From assembly GCF_902713615.1 (NCBI RefSeq), contig NC_052160.1, forward strand, positions 41,729,440 to 41,793,439: a stretch of 64,000 nt of DNA. The letters run 5' to 3'. Below, piece by piece: positions 52,905 to 64,000 of this stretch. How positions within the stretch are numbered: position 1 is the first letter of the stretch; the number at the start of each line of letters is the position of its first letter. Source of the DNA: Scyliorhinus canicula (taxonomy: Eukaryota). The notes beneath the pieces were generated by a model. That model was not told the origin of the DNA and did no database searches. It worked only from the letters and a program-made list of their open reading frames with translations. A program made the translations under genes and the position numbers.

Positions 52905-52987
52905 AGAGAACAGAAAAAATCCCTATGGGCTCTATCAAAAATGTGATCACTGAACCTATTGAAGGACATGAAGATTATCATATGATG
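52905..52987 (+). CDS. UBFD1: UBFD1 exon 6
   Basis: (E)RTEKIPMGSIKNVITEPIEGHEDYHMM; tttttaatAG acceptor, GTGAGT donor, 83 nt. Confidence 0.95.
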
Positions 52988-54543
52988 GTGAGTACGGAGG
53001 TCAGTGCCTTGTGACCGATAAATATGGAAGGGGTGGGGGGGGCAGGGTTTCTGGATATTATAGGTATGTGTGTGTAAATATTGGTGAGGTCTTGTTAAAA
53101 GTTTAGTGAGACATGATGCTGGATTGGGTGTTGGCAGTACAGTTGGGTGAGTTGATGTTTTTAGAAGATGGACGATGAAAGGCTGTCCAGAAGTGATGGT
53201 CTGGCAGAACAAAACCATAATTTTTGACAATAGATGAGCTGAAGGAAGGATGTAATAAGGTGGGAAAAGTTGGTCTTGTGTTGGGAGAGGATATGGAGGC
53301 TTGACATGGACATGGAACGGAGACTGGAGGTTGCATGCAGTCTGGTTGAATTCGAGACCATGAAAAGGGAGATAGTGGAGTTGCTGGTGAGCTTTAGTTT
53401 GTGACAGACTGCCATTGGATAGAGCAATGCAGAAGGGTGCAACTTTTTACATGATTTAGCACCTGCCATCCCTTTTTCTTAGCCTCCCTGTATCCCATTA
53501 CCCAAAGGCATGTGAACAGTTCTCTGCCATTCTGTAACCAGCCACTTGGGGGTGCACACTAATGCAGTTTTACATTCAGAAACCCCAAACCCTTGTTTTC
53601 CAATCTGTAATGAATGACATTGCTTTCCTGGCTGGTGCCTGTCCGAGACGGTCACCATTCAATTCCCACATTCCGAGTTTAAAATCCTGCATGATTGATT
53701 GACACAATTGACTGAGCTGTAACATACTCCCACCACCTCAACTCCTGAGTGCAGCTTCACTGTGATGGGACGGAGTGAACAGTGACAATCTCACTCACTC
53801 AAACAACCAAGATTCAGGGAAATTGAGTTGAAGTAAATTGGTAAGTAGTACAAATAAGTAGTACATAGATGGCAGAGTTTGGGTTTCAAAAGGAGAAAAG
53901 GGAGAACGTGGCCCTGAAGAATGCAAGTTTGTTTTCCAGTGTACAATTCTGAGATCAGGCATGTCTTGGCCTTTTTAGTGGGTTTGTGCAATATTTCAGC
54001 TGAGCGAGGTCAGGAAGTAAGGTATTTTTTCACCATTTAAGACGTTGAACAGGTCCTGGATTATAGTATTTTAGTTTAGATGGAGGTAAAGGATTCCGCA
54101 GCATTATTTGAAGAGGAAGAGTGTGGTGTCCTAACCCTTGATTAACCCATTACTCCCTTGATACAAAATAGAACAGAGTAACTGGTCATTTATCACATTG
54201 ATGTCTGTGGAATCTTGTTCTTTGCAAACAATATGCAAACTTTCCAGATGTTAAAGATATAAAGAGCTATGGGGATAGTGCAGGAGAATGGCATTGAGGA
54301 AAAATAGCTCGGATCATCTTGAGTGGCGAAGCAGGCTTAAGGAACTGATTGGCCCGCTCTACTCCTATTTCCTATGTTCTATGTGCTGCATTTTCAGTAA
54401 TTCAGTGTATATTAAGTGTTTTGAAATGCTTTCTAAAACATGGAATGTTGTAAAAATACAAGTATTTCATTTCTGTGTCTGTAAAGAGAAATGTTACCGT
54501 TGTAGTTCGGATCTCCATTCATTCCCCTGTTTTGTCTTTCTAG

Positions 54544-54654
54544 GCATTTCAGCTGGGTCCCACTGAAGCTTCGTACTATTGGGTTTACTGGGTGCCTACA
54601 CAGTATGTTGATGCAATCAAAGATACAGTTCTTGGGAAGTGGCAGTATTTTTGA
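54544..54654 (+). CDS. UBFD1: UBFD1 exon 7 (last coding exon)
   Basis: AFQLGPTEASYYWVYWVPTQYVDAIKDTVLGKWQYF*. The seven exons sum to 876 nt = 291 aa + stop. Confidence 0.96.
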   Translation, partial: AFQLGPTEASYYWVYWVPTQYVDAIKDTVLGKWQYF

Positions 54655-55719
54655 ATGTGCCTCCACCTCTGGCAGTGAAGGATAGACTGAAACCAAAGGA
54701 CTATAAAACTGATCAATTGGAACTTTCACATCCCGGATTATAATTCTTCCTTCCCTCTCCCTTCCCAATCTTGGAAGATGCCAACAATGATAAAATTGAT
54801 TTATAAAAATGCATTGGAAGATCCTCACCAGGTGCTGGAGGTGGTATGTCCAATTTGACTTTACCTATGAACTTCAAATAAAAAAACAGTTGCAAAGAAG
54901 GAAAACTCCAAATTATTCAGGAAGTTCTGTAAGAGCCAGAATTACTTGCAGGTGATGCACTAGAAGCCTTTTATTACATCTTCTATGACATGGATAACCT
55001 CCCAATCTAGGCTTTTTTTCCCAATGTCCATCCAGGGCTTTCTCTAATACAGTACAGTGGGCATCTACTTACTTGCACTCCTCAGCTGCTGGCTCCTCCT
55101 CTCATCTGCGTGTGGATCTGTTATATTGACATTATGTAAAGCCTAATTGGAATGTTTATTTCTATAAACAGCTTGCATCACATGTCTGTTCTCAGGACAT
55201 TTACAGTTGGATGCCTTTTATTTAAATAGCTTCCCCAGTTGCCCTTTTTTTGTGTGGTGCCTAAATGGCAGTTTTGACTTGCCTTGTTTGCAAGATCCAA
55301 GGAAAAGGGAGAGCACAAAGAGGAAATGCACAGTGAATTCTGTTTGTCTGCCATCTCATTTCTAACTGGCTTTGCTAGTTAGTTGCATAAAGAGAATTTC
55401 CAGGCCCAACACTATGCAATTAAGCAGAACCCACTGTACTTCCACTAATTTGTTGGACAAAGAAACCATATTTGGGTGAACCATGTGATCGTACTGTGTG
55501 TGCTGAGTGATTTCAACCTGTTGCCATAACGCGGTACCAATTTAAAGTTACGTGACCATTTCCATTTCACTGGTTTCAGTTTCTGTGGCACATGGGGGCA
55601 GGGGATGAGTCTTGAAGTATTTCAGCTTTGTCTAGTTTTTTTTTTCTCCTTCTGCATTGAGCTCAGTTGTTCCAGATAGATGACACCTTTACCTGGCACC
55701 TCAAATGGAAACTGATTTG

Positions 55720-55920
55720 AGGGTGGCACAGTGGTTAGCACTGTTGCTTTACTGTGCCGATCCCGGCCCTGCGTCTCTGTCTGTGTGGAGTTTGCACATT
55801 CTCCCCGTGTCTGCGTGGGTTCACCCCCACAACCCAAAGATGTGCAGGGTAAGTGGATTGGCCACGCTAAATTGCCCCTTAATTGGAAAAAAAAAACAAT
55901 TGACCAGTTTAAATTTATTC
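55720..55920 (+). mobile_element. tRNA-derived SINE in the probable UBFD1 3' UTR
   Basis: GGTGGCACAGTGGTTAGCAC head, conserved body, A tail. Confidence 0.85.
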
Positions 55921-57146
55921 AAAAGGGGAAACTGATTGAGAAGAAAATATTGCTTATTTTTAATGCTTTCGAGTGGAAGGATTCTCTCTCCAGTGCCATA
56001 TGCACCTCTTGTGGATTATCCTGTGTTTCCATACTCTTAATATGAAGTTGGTACTGTGCACTCAGCCAGGACAGATTGAACTGAATAAAAGGTGGTGCGT
56101 GTTTTTAAATAATTTCAAAACTAGACCTAATTCTTCCACTCTCTTTCTCCCCTCCCTCCGCCTCTTCAGAACAAGTAAACCTCTGAGTAATTTTTAAATG
56201 CCATACAGTGTTCATTGGAAAGAGGTTATATAGGTTTCCAGTCTGTTTGCTGTGTAGTCTTGTGGTTGAGGTGTTAGAAAATGGAAGTTCTCAATCCTGT
56301 AAACCTCTTGCCAGAGACTGCATGGTTGTGCCATCAGTTCACTTTTCAGAATTATTCAGAAAATACTGTTTAGGGAAATCTAACCAGCATTTTATCTACC
56401 CTGGGAGCATTTTATGAGACACTGCAGAAGGAGGTTTACTCTTAATATTTGTGTAGCTGCCCTGAGAGTGTTTAAAGTACAGAATACTTGCACTAGTGGC
56501 AATAAATGGCAGTTTCTAATCATTGATTACTTGTATTAGTATGAATAGATAAAAGTTGTGAAACATTTTGATTTAATGGGTTTTGGACACGTTTGTAGAT
56601 CTTAGACTGATGATCGTGAAAGGAGGTGCAATATTTATGTGTAAATACCATCTTTTTACAAAAATCCTTTGTCCTATTCTGAATTTTTTCCATGTGCACA
56701 AACTGATACTATGATTTAGATGATTGTAAAGGGTCATGCAACTTTGAATGCCACTTAACTTGCAGAATGCATGATTCAAGCACCCCGATATCTGTTGAAC
56801 TGAGGGAGTTGACTTGGTTTTAGGGTTGCACTGCTTCTGATTTTAGTGCTGACCATTAGTTAGCCCAATGTTTAATTCTAAAGACTAGTCTTTATTGCCA
56901 ATTAAAGTTTGTTACTTTACAGTATTAAATTTTGTGCTGTCTTCTGTCATGGGTCTATGTGAAATATCACTAACAGTGTTCAGGACTGCTGGGATTGGAT
57001 TTTCCCTCACCTCTTGTCTGATTGCAGATGCCATGTGTTGGAACATGAGCAGAGGGGGGAGCCTTTTGGAGCAAAAGGTGGGTAAATAGAGTTGATGAAC
57101 AAGGAGACCACAGTGGAAAACTCCTGTTCCTATATTCATTTAGTTC

Positions 57147-57382
57147 CTTTTTTAAAAATAAATTTAGAGTACCCAATTAATTTTTTTTTCCAATTAAGAG
57201 GCAATTTTTTTTAGCATGGCCAATCCACCTAGCCTGCATATTTTTGAGTTGTGGGGGTGAAACCCATGCAAACACGGGGAGAATGTGCAAACTCCACACA
57301 GACAGTGACCCAGAGCCGGGATCGAACCTGGGACCTCGGCGCCGTGAGGCATGGGGCTAACTCACTGCGCCACCTTGCTGCC
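57147..57382 (-). mobile_element. tRNA-derived SINE, poly(A) type
   Basis: TTAGTTCCTT duplicated on both sides. Confidence 0.88.
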
Positions 57383-57499
57383 TTTATTTAGTTCCTTGCA
57401 GTGTTCTATTGGATCCTTGCTCCTCGATGAAGTGGTGTTTGAACTGAACAGGTTCAGCATGCTCCCGGAACAGGAAGTTGCCAGTCGTGTGTCTCACCA

Positions 57500-57879
57500 A
57501 CATTTACAAACAAAACAGCTCCACGTGTCAGAGAGCTGTCACTTTCACTTTAATAAGCCCCGCCCCCACCGCCGAGGCCCCGCCCTCGCCGAACCCCCGA
57601 TTCTGATTGGCTGAATCTCGGCAGCGCGCCCATCCACTCGCTGACCAATTCCCTTTCCCTTCTACTGATTGGTGGGTTTAGACGTCATTCACTTGCCGCC
57701 TGGTGTGTGTCCAATCCAATCGCGGCGCGTGCCCGAGCGGCGGCGGAAGTGTTGAGGGGAGCTCGCGCCGCGGGTTCTCCACTGGCGGCCGAAGCGATGC
57801 AGCGAACCCAGCGAGCGGCGGCGGCGGCGGCTTTTCCTCACCAGGAACCCTTCCAGTGAGCCAGTGTGCGGGCCATGCC
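57500..57879 (+). promoter_or_regulatory. CpG-rich promoter and 5' leader of the downstream gene
   Basis: GC boxes, several CCAAT/ATTGG, GACGTCA, CCACGTG, ETS GGCGGAAGTG and a (GGC)n tract. Confidence 0.75.
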
Positions 57880-57948
57880 ATGGCTGGGCCCCGGCGGCTC
57901 AGACCCCTCCTCTTAACAGCCGTGCTGTTGTTGCTGGGAGTAAGACCG
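57880..57948 (+). CDS. First coding exon of a secretory/membrane protein (signal peptide); candidate IRE1/ERN-family gene
   Basis: gccATGG Kozak context; MAGPRRLRPLLLTAVLLLLGVRP has a basic n-region and hydrophobic h-region; phase-0 GTGAGT donor. The ERN guess rests only on resemblance to the ERN1 leader (MPARRLLLLL..) and on human UBFD1-ERN2 linkage. Confidence 0.6.
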
Positions 57949-58836
57949 GTGAGTAGGAGTCCCAGGACCGGACACCCTGCCCTGTCCGCTCAGTAGCCTA
58001 AAATATCGGCCCAGGCTGGGGCTTGGGTCCCAGGGTCACCCGGCCAGGGGTGGGGGTTGTCAGCAGCCTTCCGAGCAGTCCGGAGGTTAGCAATTGACTT
58101 CTCCTGCCGGGGATCCTGATGGTGCAGCTTAGTAACCTGGGCAGAGCCTTGGCGACTGCAAGGATGTGGTGCAGGGCAATGTGACCTGACTGATTCTTCC
58201 TATATTTGGAGGCAATTTATCCTTAAATGTATTGAAGGTTTTGGGACTTTATTGTAAAGAAGCACTACGTTGAAAACATGAAGGGCAATGGCTGGCTGTA
58301 CCTAATAATATCATGTGTTAAAAGGCAGAGGTTGTATCCGATTCCTACTATCCGTGTGGAGAGTTACAAGCTTGTTCCAGAGTTAACCCTCTGCGTTTCA
58401 GCCTCCTCCTGCTGGACATCAACAGTATCTGAAACTTGCTCGTCACTTGTCTTTCCTGGTGTCACTTCTCGTCTTTCCTGGTGTTGTAAGTTCTTACTGA
58501 TTTGTTCTTGTCTTGGGGAAAAAACCACGAAATAAGCACTTCATCCGTTCCGTTCACTAAACTGACTGCCCAAGATAAAATATAAAGGACGTGGGTTGGG
58601 GGGTAGCTGAAGATCTGAAATGTTAAATCTTTGTCTCTGCAGATACTAATTGACGACGGCGTACAGATTTTCAGCATTTACTTTTTTACTCGACTTGTGC
58701 ATACCAGCTCTTAGTGGCAAGCTGACAGTGAACGACTGGTTGTTTCCCTGTCTTTGTGTCCGTGTTGGGCTTGCTAAACAAAATTGTGCAGATATCTGAC
58801 CGTATAGCTAGAAGCAGTGATTCATTCGTATATTTC

Positions 58837-61800
58837 TTTTTTTAAAAATAATTTTTATTGAAAAATTTTGAATTTATACTACAATAACGCACCTTAGTAA
58901 AATACCAAAAATAACAATAATATTAACAATCATAAACATTCGCCCCACCTCCATGAACAACACAGCATTTTAACAACAACGCAAATTAACACAATATAAA
59001 GTTACAGAATAGACACTACAATAAGGAACACCCCCCCCCCCCCCCCCCCCGGGGTTGCTGCTGCTATTGACCCAGATACCTATCTTTGAGCCAGGAAGTC
59101 CAGAAAAGGCTGCCATCGTTTATAGAACCCTTGTATTGATCCTCTCAGGGCAAATTTGACCCTTTCCAGTTTTATAAATCCCGCCATGTCACTGATCCAG
59201 GTCTCCACACTTGGGGGCCTTGCGTCCTTCCACTGTAGCAGAATCCCTCGTCGGGCTACTAGGGACGCAAAGGCCAGGACACTGGCCTCTTTCGCCTCCT
59301 GCACTCACGGCTCTACCGCAACTCCAAAAATCGCGAGTCCCCACCCTGGTTTAACCCTGGATCCAACCACCCTCGACACCGTCCCCGCCACCCCCTTCCA
59401 GAATTCTTCCAGTGCTGGGCATGCCCAGAACATATGGGCGTGGTTCGCTGGACTCCCCGAACATCTGGTGCACCTATCCTCACCCCCAAAGAACCTACTC
59501 ATCCTAGTCCCGGACATGTGGGCCCGGTGCAGCACCTTAAATTGGATGAGACTAAGCCTCGCACATGAGGAGGAAGAGTTGACTCTCTCCAAGGCATCCG
59601 CCCAAGTCCCGTCCTCTATCTGCTCCCCGAGTTCCTCCTCCCGTTTAGCCTTCAGCTCCTCCACTGACGACTCCTCCACCTCCTGCATTACCTTATAGAT
59701 GTCAGACACCTTCCCCTCTCCGACCCACACCCCCGAAAGCACTCTGTCCATCGCCCCCTGCGAGGGCAGCAAAGGGAATCCCTCTACCTGTCGCCTAGCA
59801 AACACCTTTACCTGCAAGTATCTGAACATGTTCCCTTGGGGAAGGCCAAATTTATCTTCCAGTTCCCCCAGGCATGCAAACCTCCCGCCAATAAACAGGT
59901 CCCTTAATTTGCTGATGCCAGCCCTTTGCCACCCCCTAAATCCCCCATCCTTATTCCCCGGGATGAACCGATGGTTGCCACCCAGTGGAGCCTCCATCGA
60001 GCCCCCTGTTTCCCCCCCATGCCGCCCCCACTGTCCCCAGATTCTTAGGGTCGCCGCCACCACCGGGCTCGTGGTAAACCTCTTGGGGGAGAGCGGCAAC
60101 GGCGCCGTTACCATGGCACCCAGGCTCGTACCTCTACATGACGCCATCTCCATTCTTTTCCACGCCGCCCCTCCATCACCCATTTACGCACCATTGACAC
60201 ATTGGCCGCCCAATAGTACCCCAGAAGGTTGGGCAGCGCCAGCCCGCCTCTATCCCTCCCTCGCTCCAGGAACACCCTCTTCACTCTCGGAGTCCCATGC
60301 GCCCACACAAAGCTCAAAATACTGCTAGTCACTCTCCTAAAGAAGGCCCTGGGGATAAAGATGGGCAGGCACTGAAAGAGGAACAAGAACCTCGGAAGCA
60401 CCGTCATTTTGACGGACTGTACCCTCCCTGCCAACGATATTGGCAGCATGTCCCACCTCTTGAACTCCTCCTCCATCTGATCTACAAGTCTAGTGAAATT
60501 ATGCTTGTGAAGAGTCCCCCAGTCCTTGGCCACCTGCACCCCCAGGTACCTAAAGCTCTCCCCTGCCCGCCTAAGCGGGAGCCTACCAATTCCTTCCTCC
60601 TGGTCTCCAGGGTGCACCACAAACACCTCACTCTTGCCTAAATTTAATTTATAACCTGAAAAGGTCCCGAACTCAGCTAGCAACTCCATCACCCCCGGCA
60701 TCCCTCCCACCGGGTCCGCCACATACAGTAACAGGTCATCGGCATACAACGACACCCTATGTTCCTCTCCACCTCGCACCAAGCCTATCCACCTCTCTGA
60801 ATCCCTCAACGCCATCGCCAGCGGCTCGATTGCCAGTGCAAACAACAGGGGGGACAGGGGGCAACCCTGCCTGGTCCCTCGGTAAAGCCGGAAGTACTCC
60901 GACCTCCTCCTATTCGTGGCCGCGCACGCCATCGGGGCCTCGTATATCAGCCTTGATGAACCCTTCACCAAATCCAAACCTCCCCAACACCTCCCATAGG
61001 TACCCCCACTCCACTCTATCGAAGGCCTTCTCCCCATCCAGCGCCACCACTATCTCTGCCACCTCCTCAATCACTGGCATCATGATGACATTCAACAATC
61101 TCCGCACATTTGTGTTCAGCTACCTTCCCTTCACAAAACCTGTCTGGTCCTCGTGCACAACCCCTGCCACACAGTCCTCTATCCTGGTGGCCAGGATTTT
61201 TGCCAGCACCTTAGCATCCACGTTGAGGAGAGATATGGGCCTGTATGAACCACACTGCTGGGGGTCCTTGTCCCTCTTTAAAATTAATGAGATCAGCGCC
61301 TGTGACATCATCGGGGGCAAAGTCCCCCCTTCCCATGCTTCGTTGAGTATCCACACCAGCAAGGGGCCCACTATGTCCACAAACTTTTTATAAAATCCCA
61401 CTGGGAACCAATCCGGCCCCGGTGCCTTCCCTGACTGCATCTGCCCGATCCCCTTAACTAGCTCCTCCAGCTCAATCAGCGTACCCAACCCCTCCACCTT
61501 CTCCTCCTGCACCTTCGGGAAAGAAAGCCCGTCAAGGAACCTCTCCATTCCCCTCCTCTCCCCCGTTGGCTCCGACCGGTACAGTTCCCCGTAAAAGTCC
61601 TTGAAGACCTCATTCACCTCTACCCCCTTCCGCACAACATTCCCACTCTTGTCTCTCACTCCAGCAATTTCCTTAGCCGCATCCCGCTTGCGGAGCTGAT
61701 GAGCCAGCATCCTACTCGCCTTTTCACCATGTTCGTACACTGCCCCATGTGCCTTCCTCCACTGTGCCTCCGCTAGTGGTCAGCAAATCAAATTTAGCCT

Positions 61801-62745
61801 ACAGGCTGTGCCTCTCCCCCAACAGTCCCTCCTCTGGTGCCTCTGCATACCTCCTGTCCACCTCCAGCATCTTTCCCACCAGTCTATCCCTCTCGCTCCT
61901 CTCCCTGTGTGCCCGGATGGATATCAGCTCCCCACGAATCACTGCCTTCAGGGCTTCCCAGACCATCCCCACCTGAATCTCCCCCGTATCATTCACCTCG
62001 AGGTACCCCATAATACTTGCCCGGACCCTCCTACACACCTCCTCCTCCGCCAACAACCCCACATCCAACCGCCACAACGGGTGCTGGTCCCGCACCTCCC
62101 CCATCTCCAACTCCATCCAATGCGGAGCGTGGTCGGAGATTGCAATGGCCGAATACTCTGCCTCCTCCACTCTCTGAATCAGTCCCCTACTCACCACGAA
62201 GAAATCTATCCGAGAGTAGACCCTATGTACGTGGGAGAAGAAAGAGTACTCGCGTGCCCTTGGCCTCACAAACCTCCATGGATCCACCCCACCCATCTGG
62301 TCCATAAACCCTCTCAGTACCTTGGCTGCCGCCGGCCTCCTACCCGTCCTAGAGCTGGACCGATCCAGTGAAGATTGTCTCAATTTGGGGCATACACACT
62401 AGCCAGTACCACCTTCTCTCCTTGTAGCCTGCCCCTAACCATAACATACCTACCCCCCTTATCCGCCACCATCTCCGATGCCTCAAACAACACATTTTTC
62501 CCCACCTTCAGGTGGGTCTCCTGAAGCATTGCCACATCTGCCTTTAGCCCCTTCAGATGAGCCAGTGCCCTCGACCGCTTCACCGGCCCATTCAACCCTC
62601 TCGCATTCCAGGCGACCAACCGGATCAGAGGGCGTCCCGCCCCCTCCCCCGTCGACTAGCCACAGCCCGTCGATTGCCCGCCTCCGGCCAGCACCCCCTG
62701 CCCGACCGTCCCCACAGCGACAACACCTCACCTCTGTCCCCCCAG
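58837..62745 (-). mobile_element. L1-clade LINE, near-complete ORF2 (EN-RT-zinc finger), frameshifted
   Basis: WNARGLN, LQETH, SRID and SDH endonuclease motifs; YRPISLLN, RQGCPLSP, LYADD; CTRC..HMFWAC; poly(T) at 58837. Confidence 0.93.
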
Positions 62746-62749
62746 CCCC

Positions 62750-63820
62750 CACCAGGGGGGGAGGTGAAGAGAAAGTGGAAAGAAGAGCTGGGTGGGGAGT
62801 GGGAGGCTGGGTTTTGGGAGGAGGCCTTGAGGAGAGTTTTTATTAAATTTAGAGTACCCAATTCATTTGACTAATTAAGTTGCAAATTTAACATGTTCAA
62901 TTCACCTACCTTGCACATCTTTGGGTTGTGGGGACGAAACCCACGCAAACACGTGGAGAATGTGCAAAATCCACACGGACGGTGACCCAGAGCCGGGATC
63001 GAACCTGGGACCTCGGCGCCGTGAGACTGCAGTGCTACCACTGCGCCACCGTGCTGCCCTCGCCCTGAGGAGAGTTAATGCGTCCTCGCCGTCTGCCAGG
63101 CTTAGCCTGGTACAGTTTAAGGTGGTTCATAGGGCACACAGGACTGTGGCATGAATGAGCAGGTTCTTTGAGGCTGTGGAGGATAGGTGTGGGCGCTGTG
63201 CGAGGGGTCCTGCTAACCTTGTCCATATGTTTTGGGCGTGTCCGAGGCTGAGGGATTTCTGGCAGGGATTTTCTGATGTCATATCAGACGTCTTACAAAT
63301 GAGGGTGGTGCTGAGTCCAGAGATGGCTATCTTTGGTGTGTTGGAAAACCCGTGAGCCCAGGGGGTGAGAGAGGCCAACGTCATGGCCTTTGCCTCCCTG
63401 GTGGCCCGGAGACGGATCTTACTGGGATGGAGGGACTCGGAGCTCCTGAAGTCGGGGGTGTGGGTTAGGGACATGGCGTGGTTTCTCAGACTCGAGAAAG
63501 TGAAATTAGGCTCGAGGGGTTCGTTGCAGGGGTTGCTCGGAAGTGGCAGCCGTTCATCGACTTCTTTGAGAAGAATTAAGCTCTAGTGGGGGAGGCATGA
63601 GAGAGACGAGTAAGGACAGGAGAACCAACGGAGGGGTGGTTGGGAAAGGTGGCACTGTTTGTGTAAGCAATGTTGGTTGGGGTTTTGTGCTCGTGTGGGG
63701 GGGGGGGGGGGGGGGGGGGGGAGGGTTTGTTATATTCTGCTTTTTGTTTTGTTGAAAATTTGATGTGTAAAATTGTTAAAATTATAAATGCCTCAATAAA
63801 ATATTTTCTTTAAACAAAAA
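62750..63820 (+). mobile_element. L1-clade 3' fragment with a SINE inserted at 62837-63060 (minus strand)
   Basis: QFKVVHRAH, CGRC..HMFWAC, AATAAA + poly(A); SINE TSD GCC(T/C)TGAGGAGAG. Confidence 0.88.
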
Positions 63821-64000
63821 ACTAATTTTGGAGGAGGAACTTGAATTGTTTTTCGGATCTTAGTTTGGATAGGTCAAATTCTAAGTCTCGAGTCCATCAG
63901 GGGTGGCGAAGGCAATAGTGGTCTTTATTGGACAGATTGGGGGAGGCAGGCCTGTGGAGATTTATGTATCCGATGGCTAAGGAGTTTTTTTTTCTTCTCG

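Noticed and set aside
57500-57760. ER-stress element (CCAAT-N9-CCACG) supporting an ERN identity
   Set aside because: CCAAT and CCACG both occur, but not with the required spacing, so no gene symbol was assigned.
2745-63060. tRNA-like A/B-box sequences as tRNA genes, and recurring short ORFs such as MVAQWLALLP..
   Set aside because: They are SINE heads joined to a SINE body and tail; the ORFs recur only because the repeat does.
58837-63820. Single L1 with a twin-priming 5' inversion
   Set aside because: Both arms have their own 3' end and poly(A) and are diverged from each other, indicating two insertions.
1-64000. CRISPR array, prokaryotic operon or non-retroviral endogenous virus
   Set aside because: No repeat-spacer array and no viral-type ORF seen; spliceosomal introns and vertebrate TEs account for the content.

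Overview
Vertebrate nuclear DNA, most likely from a cartilaginous fish (shark/catshark-like, inferred from the HE1-like and Deu-type SINEs and the CR1/Penelope repertoire). There are three host genes. (1) The first two coding exons of an UNC93/MFSD11-like transporter lie on the minus strand (7526-7437, 2460-2405). (2) A complete 7-exon UBFD1 lies on the plus strand (30766-54654; 876 nt, 291 aa, all splice phases consistent). (3) The first exon of a signal-peptide protein starts at 57880, in a CpG-rich promoter with two upstream ORFs; it may be an IRE1/ERN-type gene, but this is unproven. The rest is dense, nested transposable elements: a full-length but broken Gypsy LTR element (12683-17226), a hAT transposon with TIRs and an 8-bp TSD (17695-20866), L1-clade LINEs, CR1/L2-group LINEs, a Penelope element, solo LTRs, a GC-rich MITE and more than 20 tRNA-derived SINEs. 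There is a 548-N assembly gap. Most notable: the Gypsy element has no tRNA primer-binding site and instead carries a perfect 13-nt complement of its own LTR (possible self-priming or poly(A)-signal masking); a hammerhead-ribozyme core sits inside a fold-back Penelope-derived hairpin; one SINE body appears with two different LINE-type tails; and the MFSD11-like promoter is a tandem array of PBX/PKNOX-decamer plus GC-box units. All calls were made by eye, and TE boundaries without a stated TSD are approximate.
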